Source of the DNA: Lophium mytilinum
Lineage: Eukaryota
DNA length: 64,000 nucleotides
Assembly (NCBI GenBank): GCA_010093605.1
Contig: MU004193.1
Coordinates: forward strand, 1,371,520-1,435,519
Direction of reading: 5' to 3'
The translations under genes and the position numbers were made by a program. Below are positions 13,373 through 27,778 of the stretch, piece after piece (within the stretch, counting starts at the first letter, position 1; every line of letters begins with the position of its first letter). The notes below the pieces were generated by a model. The model saw only the letters and a list, made by a program, of their open reading frames with translations, made no database searches and was not told the DNA's origin.

Positions 13373-14522
13373 CGTTGAAGAGGATGAGATGGATTTGCGT
13401 CTGAGGATAATGCTTTACTTGTACGGCTGGGTGAAGATCTATGGCTGTGGGGTACTTCTTCTTGTTGACGGTCTTTCGCAGACGCTTTTATACCTGACAA
13501 GAAGGTAGCCAACGCGCAACGCGTGCTTGCAGCGAGCTGTATGCATGACGTTCGGAATTCGGGTCAGTTCCTTCGGGGAGTCCAGCTATAGGATGGGGGG
13601 CAATAGAGGGGTGTGGGGGGTTTAGGGAAAGCGTGGATGGAATGCTAGCTCCCGCATTTATGCCACGGCAAGGGAGCACGGGAGCGAGCTCGCCAAACCT
13701 TCCCTCTTTGCCCTCGTGTACATTTCATTAAATATGACACATTTAAAGATGACTAGTGGAGGTATAACGAAGCATGCGTAAGTGCTTGAAGGGATGTTGA
13801 ATGGCAAAAGACTTGTTACACACTTTGCTGTGTAGGTATAAACCTGTCTCCTATTGGTTGAGGCGCTTTGGCAAGTTTGCCGATTGGTCAGGTTGATTAT
13901 TCTACTCTATATACAAAGGTAGTAAAGGTTGGAGAGTCTGCAGAAGTATTTGTGATGCTTCTGGGGAAATATAAACAGACACCGGTTGGAGCATCACACA
14001 TAAGGGCTATAACAGTTTCTATAAACAGTTTTGGTATTAAGCTATCTAGGTTGGTCGGTCTGGGAAGCATTATGCCGCGTAACAGCAGCGCTTCTGTACC
14101 AACAGTATTGCACTCTCCGATCACTCCCCAGTTATCGATCTTTTGCTCAGAGTCTCATTGCAGGCAATCCTTTTCATATCGTCAACCTGACGCCAGTGAT
14201 TGCGGCATAACTCCATGGCTTATGCAAAGGGTATCGTAGTATGTTCACCGGAGCTCGCAAGAGCAACGGATGGAATCATTGCAAGATGCAACATCCAAGA
14301 AAGTCGAGCCGATGTGAAAAAGAAGAGCAAAGAAGGGCAGATAATGTACAAGAAAGAAAGAAAGAAAAAAGAAAGAGTCGAAGAGCATCAGAATGCATCA
14401 CTGACGAACTTGCCAAGCCTGGGGTTAGGCTAGTTGCCGCATGGGACAGGCAATTCATGGTCATGTGCGGACAGGAAGGCCTACTGGTGGTCCATGAGGT
14501 CTACATCCGAAATAGGGGTTAC

Positions 14523-17500
14523 TCATAGGTTGAGTACTCGTGTATCGTCGTTCAGGAACTTGCGGCGGTATTCCGAAAACCTCGTAGCGATGATTTCAGG
14601 GTCGTTGGTGTGGTGAAGTCGTAGATCCTTGATGATTGACTTCAGACCTTCCTTGAACTGCTGCTTTTCTGTTTCTGTATTTCCAGGGTTCGCGGTTCCG
14701 AGTTGCACGAGGACCATATCAGCTAAACAAGTACAAGTTAGCGTGTGGACAGGATGGGGTAAAGAAATTGAGACCACGTCTCCCACGCACCACTTAGCTC
14801 CATGTCTCGATAGTGCTGGTAGACACAAGTGTTATCATTGCATTTGCCATCAGGTTGCCATTCCCACCGACAGAGTTCTTTCATCGGATCAATCTGATGA
14901 CTGTAAGTCATAGACCGATAACCACCTTTGACGTTCTTCGTATAGTCCGGATGATTTCGGTACGATTTGAAGTATCGCAATGGACTCTCATAATCTGCGA
15001 GCGGTGTAGCGACATGGTTTGAAACCTTGAGTCCTGAATTAGTGACGTTCCTTCTTGGGATCTAGTGACTTACCGATGCCGATTTAGTTGCCCGAGTTGA
15101 GGGCTGTTCGAGAGGCTGGAGCTCCGGTACCAGATCGTCAGCAATAGGGATAGACTGCTCATCGCGCGCCAAGATGTGCTGAGAGATGGCCTGCGGCTCG
15201 TAATCTTGGCCTGCGTTCAACGACTCGGCCATTTCGATATCACCGTCCTCAAGGAGCGTGCGTGCAGGGTCCTCTGCTTGCGTATGATGCGACGCACCGT
15301 CTTCAGCCGAGATATCCTGTCCCCCCATGATGATATCTTCGTTCTCCGTCCTACCTTCAGTCTGGGCACTAGGAAAACCTTCGATAGGGTCTTCAGCTGC
15401 GGACTCAGGGGAATAGAAATCTTCACCATCCTCGGCTTCTTCTGGAACTATGAGGACCTTCGAAGAAGTCGACGACACCAGTCCGGGTGCAAGGGGGGCT
15501 ACTGGTGCAACAAGAACACCGCCATGCTCCTCTTTTTGTTCGTCCTCGGAATCGTCCTCGGAAATTTCCATATCATCGCTTACGTCGCTCTCCACGTGAT
15601 CTGTGTTAAGGCTGATCTCATGGCGTGCCATTGCAGCGCGCGAATGCTCGTCCTGAGCGGAAGTATTGTTGTGGCTGGCGAATGCTTGATCACCGGAATC
15701 CGTAGAGCCCTCGATCTGGGCAGAGCGCTCGGCAAGTTCTTGGACCGTCATATCCTGTTCAGGGTTCGAGGTCGAGGCTTGATCCAAAGAAGCAAGCGTC
15801 GTGGGTAATTGAGCCTCCACAGCTTTCGCATGCGCTGTTGGCTCATCTAGCACCATGTCTTCATTGGTGATTGATGCCAACCTCTGATCTGGAGTAGTGC
15901 CTTGATCGACTACGAGGATGCCGTTCTCTACGGTCTCGGGTTCGTTGGCCGTCTCTTCAGTCATTGGCACTTGACCTGAATCCAACGCCGAGGATGGAGC
16001 TGGAGACGCAGGGTAGTCTTTGCTAACAGCTGTCGCCATTTCTCTCTGTAATACGATGGCATCCTTCATTGCTTGCATCTCCTCTTGTGGCATTCCTTCG
16101 GTATCGATTCCGAGCGATTCGAGCTCCCTCACAAGGTTTGCCTGGACTTCAAGACTCTGAGCATTTTCGGCCTCAATAAGCTCCATTTGCTTCCTGAGCT
16201 CCTCCACCTTAGCCTTGTTACTCGCAAGTTTCGCCTCGAGTAATGGCAAGTCCGACTGGATCTCTGCCTGACGCGTCTTCTTCCAGTCCTTTGAGCGAGG
16301 AGCCGGCGATTGCGCGCTTGGGTCTTGCTCCAAGTTTGATGGTTTCATCGCACTGGCCGCAGGATTGATGGATTTCGAGGCGTTGGCCATGGGCGATGGC
16401 GTAAAGGTCATACCACTTGTTGGAGTAGACACTCGAGGAAGGAACGTAGAAGCAGTAGCGGAGAGGACCGCCGCCGGGGTTGCCGGTTGACTCTTTCCTG
16501 GGTGCTTAGATTTGAATGTCGCTTTGCGCCTCTTCTCGATCTCCTCAATGTGCTTGTGCAAAGCAGCAATTTCCTTTTCTTTACGCTCAAGCGCCTCATT
16601 GGAGGATTGGCTGCCCGGTGTATGAATCAAAGGTGTTTTGCCGATGCCAGAGATAGCTACCTTAGTAGTAGCGGCCGGAGATGGGACTTTGGTCACCGGA
16701 AACAGCTTCTTCACGACGTCCTTGGTCGGCGGTTGGTCTGCGATTTTCCCCAATGGAAGTCCTGCATTGACTTCACAAGTATCGTCAATGTCCATGTCAT
16801 CGTCTTCATCCTCACTCAGGTCGATGACAAATTTCTCCTTGACATGAGTGCTGGACTGTCCGAAGGGAGTAGATGGAGATGGCTGGACGTGCGATTGATG
16901 GGATGATCCCACCAAATCTAGCCCAGGTATCTTTTCGGAAGCGGACAGCCAAGAAGATTGTGAGGTGAGTTGTGGTCTACGCTGCGAGATACTGGAAGGA
17001 ATGGAGCCCATTTCCGCCGGTGCTGCTGCGGAAGCACTGGAGCGGCCACTGAAAGGAAGTGCGGACGCCGAGACTTGCTGTTGCTCCTGTCCGCTTGCGT
17101 AGATCGCAGACGAAAGTGAGCTTGAGCGAGAAGGCGGAGCAGGTGTTGCATCAGACGAGGCAACGGCCACAGGATGGTGAGCCACCTTGGCAGATGGTGA
17201 GGCCTTGTGAAGCGCTGCAAGCTTTTTCCGAACGAGTTCAGTTTTTGATTCATCTGGGGTTCTGCCTGAACGGGTGCCGTTTGTTGTCGATCGTGCTGTC
17301 GTGGTAGGAAGAGAGGCTTTTGGCGTTATCTTGTCCAAGACCGAGGGTTTCTGCGTTCCTTCCACCGTAGGCGCATCTATCGCAGGTCTAGCGGGGGCCT
17401 GCACTTGAGTACCTATTGGAAGAGTCGCAGTTTTGGACGATCTCGCCGCTTTCAAACGAGCGAGATACTCTTTCCTGTCTTGTAGGGACGGAGCAGATGT

Positions 17501-18427
17501 GCCTGGCGCGTTCTGATTGCTGACTGGTGATGCGACCATGACAGGCTTGGGTGGCAGACTTGTCGCCATCTTTGCAGCCGGTTGTGAGGCCGTGACCTTG
17601 GGAGGAATTGATACTGCTGGTTTCACGGCCAACTGCGATAGAGGAGCCACGGTAGTCACCTTCGCCGGCACGGTATGCTTGAGCGCGGGCAGAGGGAGGC
17701 CCAGCTCGTTGCAGAATTTGCGGAGGATCTCGGGGTCAAGGTCTGTCATCCTCACCAGCTCCTCAAAGCCGTAGCCATATTCGTGAAACAAGCGTATGGT
17801 TTTTTCTGCCTGCTCGCGCACCTCATCCGCTGATGCGGGGGTTTTTGCAAGGGGTTCCGTCGAGAGGTTTGAAGACTTGGTTGCCGTGTGCTCTGTTGAA
17901 AGATGAGTGCGGTGAAGTTCGCGAGGGTGGAGGGACTTACTGAGGATGATAGCCGGGCTAGACTGAGGCCGGCTCGAGGATGAATCATTCCGCTGAGCAG
18001 GGAGGACTTGACCTTTTGCCGTGCTATGGACAGATGGCGCTGGCTGCTTCTGGACCGCGCGAAGTAGAGCGGCGCGATTCGCGGGAGATTGCGACACCCG
18101 ATCCCCTTCCGTCAACTCGCCTTCTTCCTTATCTGCTTCCGAGATTTCCATAATGCGATTGTTAGTCGCAACGGGCTTAGGTAACGGCTGAAAACCTGCG
18201 GCAGCGGATCCAGGGACTGCATGCGCGGCCTGTTGAACCGGCATGAAGGTGTTCGGATAAGTATGTGGAGGAGCGATGGCATAGCCATTATTCCCAGGCA
18301 GAGGAGGAAACAAGGGTGGCGGCGGAGGTGGCTGATGGCCGAGGGCGTAGAATTGGTTCCAAAACTCTCCTGGCGGAGGCGGCATCTGCGGTGGATAGGG
18401 CGGCGAGAATGGAGGTCTGTACGCCAT
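14523..18427 (-). CDS. Red1/ZFC3H1-like protein with C-terminal zf-C3H1 domain (NURS/MTREC-type RNA surveillance factor)
   Basis: Long Pro/Ser-rich exon with an EEGEL motif and coiled coils. Spliced C-terminus YESPLRYFKSYRNHPDY...GYRSMTYSHQIDP..LCRWE..GKCNDNTCVYQHYRDM. Confidence 0.8.
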
Positions 18428-19257
18428 AGCTATTGGGGCTCAGAGACGCGTCTTTGAACTTCTGCTGGTTAATACGAACTGTCACCGCAGTGTAGCATCT
18501 GGATTTTGCAAAGATACAGTCGGCGAGACGCGAAAACTGTCGTCGAATGTAACCTAGGATCGGTTCCACAACAAGGTGCACCAGATCCTTCCAGTCATTA
18601 GGGCGTACACAGTGACTGAAGATTGTTAGTTCCAATTGCCAACGAGAATACTGCAAAATTTCCAAGTTCTGGCGTCGGCGCGGCGAAGCGCGGTGATGGC
18701 GATGAAGGTGGTGGAGGAGGAAGTTCGAGGTTGCAGGCTCGGCGTCACAAAAACTGGCAGTCTTCTACGCTAAAATTTGGCTTAAGAATATCACGTGATC
18801 GAACAATCCATCGCCGTCTTCGAGCAACTGGAAGCCACCCGGTCCTCATCACGCAGAATGAGCCAAGCCCGGCTAATCTGCTGTACGTATAATGGTAGAA
18901 GGAGTTTCACAGACATCATCAATCGCATCTGAGTGTTCCCATTAATTCTGCTCATTGATGCCGGCATCCTGTGGTTTTAGGGCACGCCAAGCTTTGTAGA
19001 TCCCAAGCCGCGCTTGCGTGCGGTTGTTGCTCGGGCAGCGGCGCGTGCATCGACACAACACCCCGTCGAATTCGACTCTTGCATCCCACCACCAGACCGG
19101 CCTCCGCTGTCGTGACCGCTATACTGTACATACGCCCGTTGCACTTCCAGACGGTCCCTGCTTCTTTTCTATCTAATTCAGAATGAGCTGGTCTTGTCCC
19201 GCTTCGTAACAGTAAACAAACACAGACTCGTTGCCGCACGCCAGGAAAACCACCACC

Positions 19258-22200
19258 ATGAGCGCGCCTGCTCAGAATGGGCCCAAATGGCGAAACAGCC
19301 CGTTCGTAAGGAACTCTCCATCGCCGTCGCCCGGCCCAATACCTACTGCTGGGCGCCCGAAGTCCCAGCTCATCACCTCCCCTCTCGCGGATCAACAGCC
19401 GCAGTCAGCCATGGGCCACGCACGCCATCAGTCTTTTTCGCCTCTGAGCAGCGTTCCAATCCCTTCAAGGAGCAACTCGACGCGTCTACGCTCCAATTCC
19501 AATCGCTACAGCACGCCCGGCGGGACCTTCACTCCAGGCTTCATAAAAGCCGAAGATGCCCAAGACAGCACGGAAAAGGTGCGCGGCATTGAGGGCGAGA
19601 ACGACTTCTCGGGCAAGCGCTATGTCTGGCTTAGAGATCCGCAGACCGCCTTTGTGAGAGGATGGGTCGTAGAGGAGCTAGAAGAAGGACGCTTGCTGGT
19701 GCAATGCGACAATGGCAGCGTAAGAGCGGCTCTTCTACATCAAATGTGAAGCTAACAATGCCGGCAGCAACGCGAAGTCGATGCGGAGGGTTACGACAAG
19801 GTCAATCCGGCCAAATTCGACAAGGCCGACGACATGGCTGAGCTCACGCACTTGAACGAGGCTTCCGTGGTGCATAATTTACACATGAGATACCAGGCAG
19901 ACTTGATATATGTACGTGTTTCGCAACCCCATCCCAACTACCTACTAATTCATGGACCAGACGTACTCTGGCCTATTTTTGGTCACAGTCAATCCCTACT
20001 GCCCGCTCCCAATCTACTCCCGAGATTATGTCAATATGTATCGAGGCAGGAGCCGGGAAGACACCAAGCCACATATCTTTGCGATGGCCGACGAAGCGTT
20101 TCGGAACCTTGTCGATGAGGGAGCAAATCAGAGCATCTTGGTGACTGGTGAATCCGGCGCAGGAAAAACCGAGAACACCAAGAAGGTCATCCAGTACCTA
20201 GCAGCTGTTGCAGCCGCGGATGCTCAGGGTGTCAAATCCAGTTCAAGAAACCTGTCCAACCTCTCCGAGCAAATACTACGAGCAAATCCCATACTAGAAG
20301 CATTCGGAAATGCCCAAACTGTGAGAAACAACAACTCCTCTCGTTTTGGAAAATTCATTCGAATTGAGTTCACAAGAACGGGACAAATTGCTGGGGCCTA
20401 TATCGATTGGTACCTGCTGGAGAAGTCTAGGGTGGTCAAGCTCAACGCAAGCGAGCGAAATTATCACGTCTTCTACCAATTGTTGCGCGGCGCAGACCAA
20501 AATATGAAGCGCGAGTTTCTATTGAATGGTCTAGATATCGAGGATTTCGAATACACCAAGCACGGAAACGAGACCATTACCGGAGTCTCGGACCCCGAAG
20601 AATGGAGTTCTTTGATCGAAGCCTTCAGCATTATGGGATTCTCCGACAAGGACCAGATCGCAATCCTCCGGACGGTGGCATCAGTTTTACACCTTGGTAA
20701 TATTTCAGTCATCAAGGAGAGCAGGCGGGCAGACCAAGCTGCACTGGAACCAGAAGCTGTCGCGCAAGCGGAGAAGGTTGCTCGTCTGCTCGGTATTGCC
20801 CCAGATGCATTTATCAAGGCGCTGCTACATCCACGCGTCAAAGCAGGCCGAGAGTGGGTCGAAAAGGTCCAGACACCAGAGCAAGTCAACCTTTCGATTG
20901 ATGCTTTGTCCAAAGGTATCTATGAAAGAGGGTTTGGAGACCTGGTGGATCGCATCAATCGCCAACTCGACCGATCGGGATCCGGTGCAGACGACTCTCA
21001 CTTCATTGGCGTCTTGGATATTGCCGGTTTTGAAATCTTCGAGGACAACAGTTTCGAGCAGCTATGCATCAACTACACCAACGAAAAGCTGCAGCAATTT
21101 TTCAACCATCACATGTTCGTGTTGGAACAGGAAGAATACGCCCGAGAGCAGATCGAATGGAAATTTATCGACTTCGGCAGGGATCTCCAGCCTACCATCG
21201 ACCTCATAGAGCTTCCGAATCCTATTGGCATCTTTTCATGTCTGGACGAGGATTCCGTCATGCCCAAGGCAACAGACAAGAGCTTCACCGACAAGCTACA
21301 CTCCCTATGGGACCGCAAGACTCCAAAATACCGCCGCTCGTTGCTCAATCAAGGCTTCATGCTCACTCATTACGCTGCCGAAGTGGAGTACTCAACAGAA
21401 GGGTGGCTAGAGAAGAACAAGGATCCTCTCAACGACAATGTCACTCGGTTGCTTGCAGCCTCTACAGACAAGCACATCGCTAACTTATTTGCCGACTGTG
21501 CCGATGTTGACGATGAGGTTGGAGCGACAAGAAGTCGTGTCAAGAAAGGCTTGTTTCGGACTGTCGCCCAGCGCCATAAGGAGCAGCTTTCTACCCTCAT
21601 GGGTCAACTCCACTCGACACATCCCCACTTTGTGCGCTGCATCCTTCCAAATCACAAGAAGAAGCCAAAGCAATTCAGTGCACCCCTCGTTCTAGACCAA
21701 TTACGTTGCAATGGTGTCCTAGAAGGAATCAGAATTGCGCGCACCGGATTCCCTAATCGTTTGCCTTTCGTTGAATTTCGTCAACGCTACGAAGTGCTTT
21801 GCAACAACATGCCAATGGGCTATCTAGAAGGCCAAGTTGCAGCAAAGATCATCCTAGAGAAGTTGAATTTGGACGGCTCGTTTTATCGGGTTGGTCTCAC
21901 AAAAGTCTTCTTCCGAGCTGGCGTCCTGGCGGAGCTAGAAGAGCAGCGTGACGAACTCATTCGCGATATCATTTCTCGTTTCCAGTCACACGCCCGAGGC
22001 TTTATCCAACGACGCATTGCTCACAAACGACTTTACCGTGCAGAGGCCACTAGAATTGTGCAGCGGAACTTCCAAGTGTACCTTGACCTGCAGTCCAATC
22101 CGTGGTGGAGACTCTTCGCCCGTATGAGACCAATGCTCGGAGCTACTAGGCAAGCTGCCGAGGTCAAAAGACGTGATGAGATGATCTTCAAACTTGAAGA

Positions 22201-25200
22201 AAAGATGCAAGCCGAAGCAACTGAGCGCCAGAGGATCGAGGATGAACGAAGACGCGCTGAAATGGACATTCAGCGTGTTCAACAAACCCTTGAAAGCGAG
22301 CGCGCTCTTGCTCTCGACAAAGAGGAAATCTTCAAGCGGCTACAGTTCCGCGAGGCTGAGCTTTCGGAAAAGCTCGCTGGTGCCATAGAAGATCAAGACA
22401 AGCTCGAAGACCAGCTCGATGACCTAATTGAAGCGAAGAGAAAGATCGAAGACCAAGCTGAGACCTGGCGCACCGAACTAGAGCAAGCTGGCCAAATTAT
22501 TGGACGGCTGGAAGACGAGAAAGACGAACTTCAACATCAGATCGCCCACCTAGAAGAACAGCTCGAGCAACTGGAAAACGCTCAATCACAACGAAGTCAA
22601 GCTGAGGAGAGTTTGAGTCAAGAAGTCAAGATGCTAAAAAGCCACCTAGCACTGAAGGAAAGGAAGCTCCTAGATCTCGAGGCCAAGCTCTTGAAAACGG
22701 ACCAAGACCTCGACGTCAAGCTCGCTGCATCCAACAAGGAGTTGCAATCAACCAAGCGACAGGTCAAGGAGCTTCTTGACGAGAACCGACAAGTCCGGCA
22801 GCAAATCTCGGATCTCTCTTCGACGTCCACCAGCTACGAAGACCTTATCAGACGGAAAGAGAGCGAGCTGGCCATTGTGAAGACTGATCTGAAGAAGTAT
22901 GAATCCGATCGACGAATCTTCGACGACGAAAAGCGAACACTTGCTTCGAAGCACGATGATCTTCAGGGCCGACTTCGCGAGGCGAAAGCTGAGATGGAAG
23001 CCACCAGGTCGCAGAAGACTCAGCTAGAACGTGAAGCAGCTGATGTTAAGCGTCTTCTCGAGGAAAAGATATCCGAAGACGCGAAGTCCGGACAAGGAAG
23101 GAGAATGCTTGAAGGCCAACTCGAGGACTTAAAATCTCAGTTATTCGAAGTTCAAACCGAGCTCAGCCGCGAGCGTCAATCTCGCGACGATGTCGAAATG
23201 CTGGGAGAGCACAAGTATGACACTCTGAAGCGCGACTTTGATGCTCTTAACGACTCCAAGATCACAATCGAGAAAGAAATGTACATACAGCAAGATGTCC
23301 TTCGTCGCGCCACCGAGTCTCGCCTCCTAGCCGAAAAGGAACGGAAAGAATACCAGACAGAACTACGCTCGCTCCGTGAGAAGTTCTTGAAGCTGCAGGA
23401 AGAAAAACTTGAGGCAGATACGGCCGCGGAACGTTCGGCTTCTCGGATGGCCATTGAGCGACAAGCCATTCAACGAAAAGAGCTCGATGCGAAAGACAAA
23501 CAGCTTGACGAACTAGAGGCTGAACGAAACAGCTTTGCTAAGCAAGTTCAGAGTCTTTCACAGCTGATTTCCGACTCCGACGCGTACAAAATCCGCCATG
23601 ATCAACATAAAGAACGTCTTGAAAGAGAGCTCGTCACCATCAAGGGTCGGCTCACGGCATCCGAAAACGATAACCGGGCACTTCTGAACAAGGTCCAGCA
23701 AAAGAATCTCGACATTGCAAGATCCAATTCTCGGGTTGGTGATACTCAACGATCTCGTATCACGCAACTCTCCGCCGACAAAGCCAAGGTGGACGAAGAG
23801 AACAAACGGCTTTTCCGTGAGCTCGAAAGCGCCCAACTTACCATCACCTCTCTGGAAAAACAAAAAGAGAAGCTAGCTTTAGGTTTAGAAGACTTGAACC
23901 ATGAGATTACACGGGAGCATAAGACAAGTCGCAATGCCGAGAAAACTTCATCTACAGCTAGCCTTCAACTAGCTGAGGTCAACCGGAAGCTGGAAACGGA
24001 ACGCCAACTTCGGACTCAGGCACAGGCCAATACTCGCACCGTACAGTCAGCCCTTGACAATGCAAACAGAGAACTCACGGAATGCCATAGTCAACTTATG
24101 CTCCTTCGAAAAGTCTTCGATCCCGAATCAGGCGATACGTCGATCACATACGAAGCCGCAAAACCAAGCATTTCTCAAGCAGTTGATTTGGCGGAACGTG
24201 TAGAATCGGTCACTCAAGCGCTGCGTGTCGCAAAGGAGCGTTACTCAAGGGCAGAGGCTCAATTGGATGAACTTCGTGAGAGGCATGACAGCGAGCTGAA
24301 CGAGATGGATGCCCGCCATACTAATTCTAAGCGTGCTCTATTAGAAGAGATGAACAGTAGCCAAGTGAACCAAGCGTCCAACGCCAGACGTTCCCCAACC
24401 CAATTCCGCAAGGACTTCGAGAACCGGAAAACGTACTCGGGTGCTAATACTCCAACTCACCAAAGGCATATCAGCAATGCTACAGTCGACTCCGCACGCT
24501 CGGACCGTACTGTGGACACAGTTGCATTCAACAATCGCATGGATCTTGCTGCCGAGCTCGAGTTAGTCCAAAACCAGCTTCAGATGTCCGAAATGAAGAA
24601 TCGACACCTGCAGAATCAAGTCAACCAGTCACCAACTAGGAACGGGTGGCAAGATGAGAGTCCCTCCGTTCGTCGCGTCCAGAAATTGGAACGCGAGAAC
24701 TACCGCCTCCATGACATGCTTGATGATTCAGCAAAGAAGGTCTCCGCTTTAGAGAACAGCCTCCGAACTGGTCAGCTATCCTTAAAGGAGGTCCAGACCA
24801 AGTCACATGAGGAACTCTACGATCTCCTTAACTCTCAGGAACAATCTCGGAAATCCGTCGTGCAGGCACACAGGGCTGCCATCAACGAGCTCGCGGATGC
24901 CAAGGCGACATTTGACGAAATAAAGCAGGCCAAGGTTAATCTTGAGGTGGAGCTTCGGGACGCTCGTTCCGAGCTGGACGATGTCAACTACGAGCGCGAA
25001 CAGGAAGGGGCGAATCACAACCAGCTTCTCCAGGAGTTTGCAGACCTCCAAATTCGACTTGACGAGGAGACGTCCAAACTTATCGATGTTAGTTCAAGTC
25101 TGAGCATGTACAAGAGCCGCGCGGACGAGTATTTCAGCAAGCTTGAGCAAGCTGAAGTCGCCGTACTCAAAGCGTCTCGTGCCGAGCAATTCGCCAGGAC

Positions 25201-26702
25201 CCAAGCTCGCGAGGCTGAGGATACCTGTGCAACTATCATGGCCGACCGCAACCACATGGATGGTATGGTGGAGGATCTTCAGCGACAGACTCAGCAGTGG
25301 GAAGAGCGCATTGAGGATCTCTCGGCAGATCTCGACGGTGCGCTCCAAGCTAAGAAGCGTCTCCAAAACGAGCTTGAAGATTACCGCAGCCAGCGAGCGA
25401 TCGACATTGAAGACACAGAGACTTCCATGGAGCAAACCCGTAAGAAGTATCAGTCTGAGCTGTCCTCTATTACGCACGAGCTGGACCTCGAGCGAGAGAA
25501 TGTTATCGACATCCGCGAAGAGAATGGCCGTCTAAGGGAAGAGATCGAGGAGCTCCGCAACAAGTGGGATGACGAGGTCTTGAACAGCTCTACGTGGGCA
25601 AAGGAAAAGAGCCGGCTGGAAATCACTCTCCAGGATATCTCAAATTCTCGCGATGAGGCTGCCAATGCTCACAACGAGGCTCAGGGCAAGATCGTTTCAC
25701 TTCTTTCACAAGTCAGGAGCCTACGCACTTCGATCGACGATGTTGCAGCTGAGCGCGACAATCTCCTCAACGAGAAAAGAGGTCTTGAGACTCGTCTTCA
25801 GGACGCTGCAGCTCGTTTAGAGGAACTCGCCCGTGGAGAGAGTCCCACGATGCGTCAAGCAGCCAGCGTGGACCGAGAGCTGCTAGATCTAAAGTCAGGT
25901 CTTGCACAACAAGAAGACATCGCCGCTGCCGCGGTTGGCAAGATGCGCCGCACAGAGGCTCTCGCACAGGAACTTCAAAAGGACATCGTCGCTGAGCGGG
26001 AAACCAGCGTCCAACTGCACAAAGACAAGGCAGCCTTAGAAAAGACCGCGAAGGAGCTCCAACTCCGCCTTATCGACCTCGAGACAAAAGCCTACTCCTC
26101 CTCTACAAGCCAAGATGTGCGCTTCTTAAACGGCCGAATTCAAGAGGTAAGTCAAGTCTATTTCCCCCTACAATTACTTCTGCTAACATGTTCCTCCCCA
26201 GCTCGAACAAGCCCTCGAATCCGCCGAGTCAACGCGCACCGCTGAAGCCCGCTCCGTCCGCAACGTTGACCGCACCGTCCGCGACCTCCAGACCCAGATC
26301 GAGCGCCGCGACAAGCAAAACACGGCCGTCGCCGACGACCTCGCGAAAGCTAGAGACAAGATCTCCAACCTCCTCAGCACGATCGACGACCTCCAATCCT
26401 CAGACTCCGCAGCACAGCTCCAAGCAAAGCGCGCCGAGCGCGAGCTCCGCGAGGAGCGTGAGAAGTGCCTCCGTATGGAGCGCGAGCTAGAAGGGTGGAA
26501 GGGGCTCCGCATGGAGCGACGTAGCGCACTTGGTGTACCCGGCGCGGGGGGCAGCGAGGCTGGAGATGTGAGGAGTCGGCGCGGTAGCTCGATTGGCCCG
26601 CTTGGCGAATTCGGGATGCTGGGCGATAAAGAGAAGGCGGCTCAGGCGACGGGGAGTCTGAGGGGTTTGAGGAGAATTAGCGGCCAGAAGGGTTTTTTGT
26701 AG
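19258..26702 (+). CDS. MYO2: Myosin type II heavy chain
   Basis: Exons ~19258-19719, 19768-~19911, ~19961-26147 and ~26202-26702. P-loop [40 protein letters not shown] and a long coiled-coil tail. Confidence 0.97.
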
Positions 26703-27778
26703 ATCACGTCGCCCTTGGTGGGATGAAGCGGGCTACGGTTGAGGATGTAGCCGAAGAAGATGAAGATGGAGAGGATTTGGTGGAGGGAGCTGAGGGCGGC
26801 AATATGGGTGGTTTGGGGCTTGGGGGCGTTGGGATTCGGAGAAGGGTTGCTGTGACGATTAGGTCGAGGGCGTTTTTGTGATGTGGGGTTTGTGGGGATT
26901 AGGGGGAGTCTGTGGAGGTGTGGGCTGCATATTTAGCGCTGTTTGGGTCTGGGTTAGGTTGGGCTTCTTATTGGAACTAATGTCGTTGTACCACATCGTG
27001 GAGAGTGCTCATGTGATTCAAGAGGTTGCAACGTGATGCGGTGATTTGAGGGGGGTATAAAATCCACAGAGGCACCTCATTACAGTGGCCATAGGAAAGG
27101 AGCATACAATTTGCAAAACGGCAAGAAGACAGGTCCTATGTTGGCTCGTTGTGCTCAATAACAACGCTGACGTTTGCTCCATGGTGTTGCTGTGGTGGTT
27201 GGAGGTCGAATACTGGCTCTGTTGCTCCGTGGTATTTGCTCAACAACAACATACGCGACAACTGATGGAGAGGTAGTGCGTTTGTACTGTTGTATCGATG
27301 CTGCTAACCATCTTCTCAATCCGCAGTTGAGTATAACATTTTCTTTCCAAGACCCAAACCCTCGAATAGAAATGCTGCCCATACTCCATCTTTCTGAAGT
27401 ATTAATGCATCATTCGATTAAAATGCCGAAGCGCATCATCAACTACTATTGATTAAGGGCGCCCCAACTCGAGACACTCTTCAGACCTCATGATGTGCTT
27501 TCATTCGTAATTTTGATCCACCCAGCTCCCAGGACATTGATCCACATGCCGTTGAATTCGATCGACCATGAGACATTCTAGTTCCAAGGATTGATCCCTC
27601 CTCCAGTCCACATAACTTACTGGGGGCGGTGGTGTTGATTTTGCAACCTCCCCTTCGCAGCTTCCTGCAGAAGAAAGTTGCTGAGCTGTTCGAGAAGTTT
27701 ATATATCGCCAACCCAAGTCAGGTCACGTGCTTCATGTGCTGCATCTGTGATGTGTCTCAGAAGATGAGATAAGCTCC

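Noticed and set aside
13868..14239. 123-aa ORF in a TA-rich intergenic stretch
   Set aside because: TTG start and no motif. Possibly decayed repeat sequence, but not identifiable.
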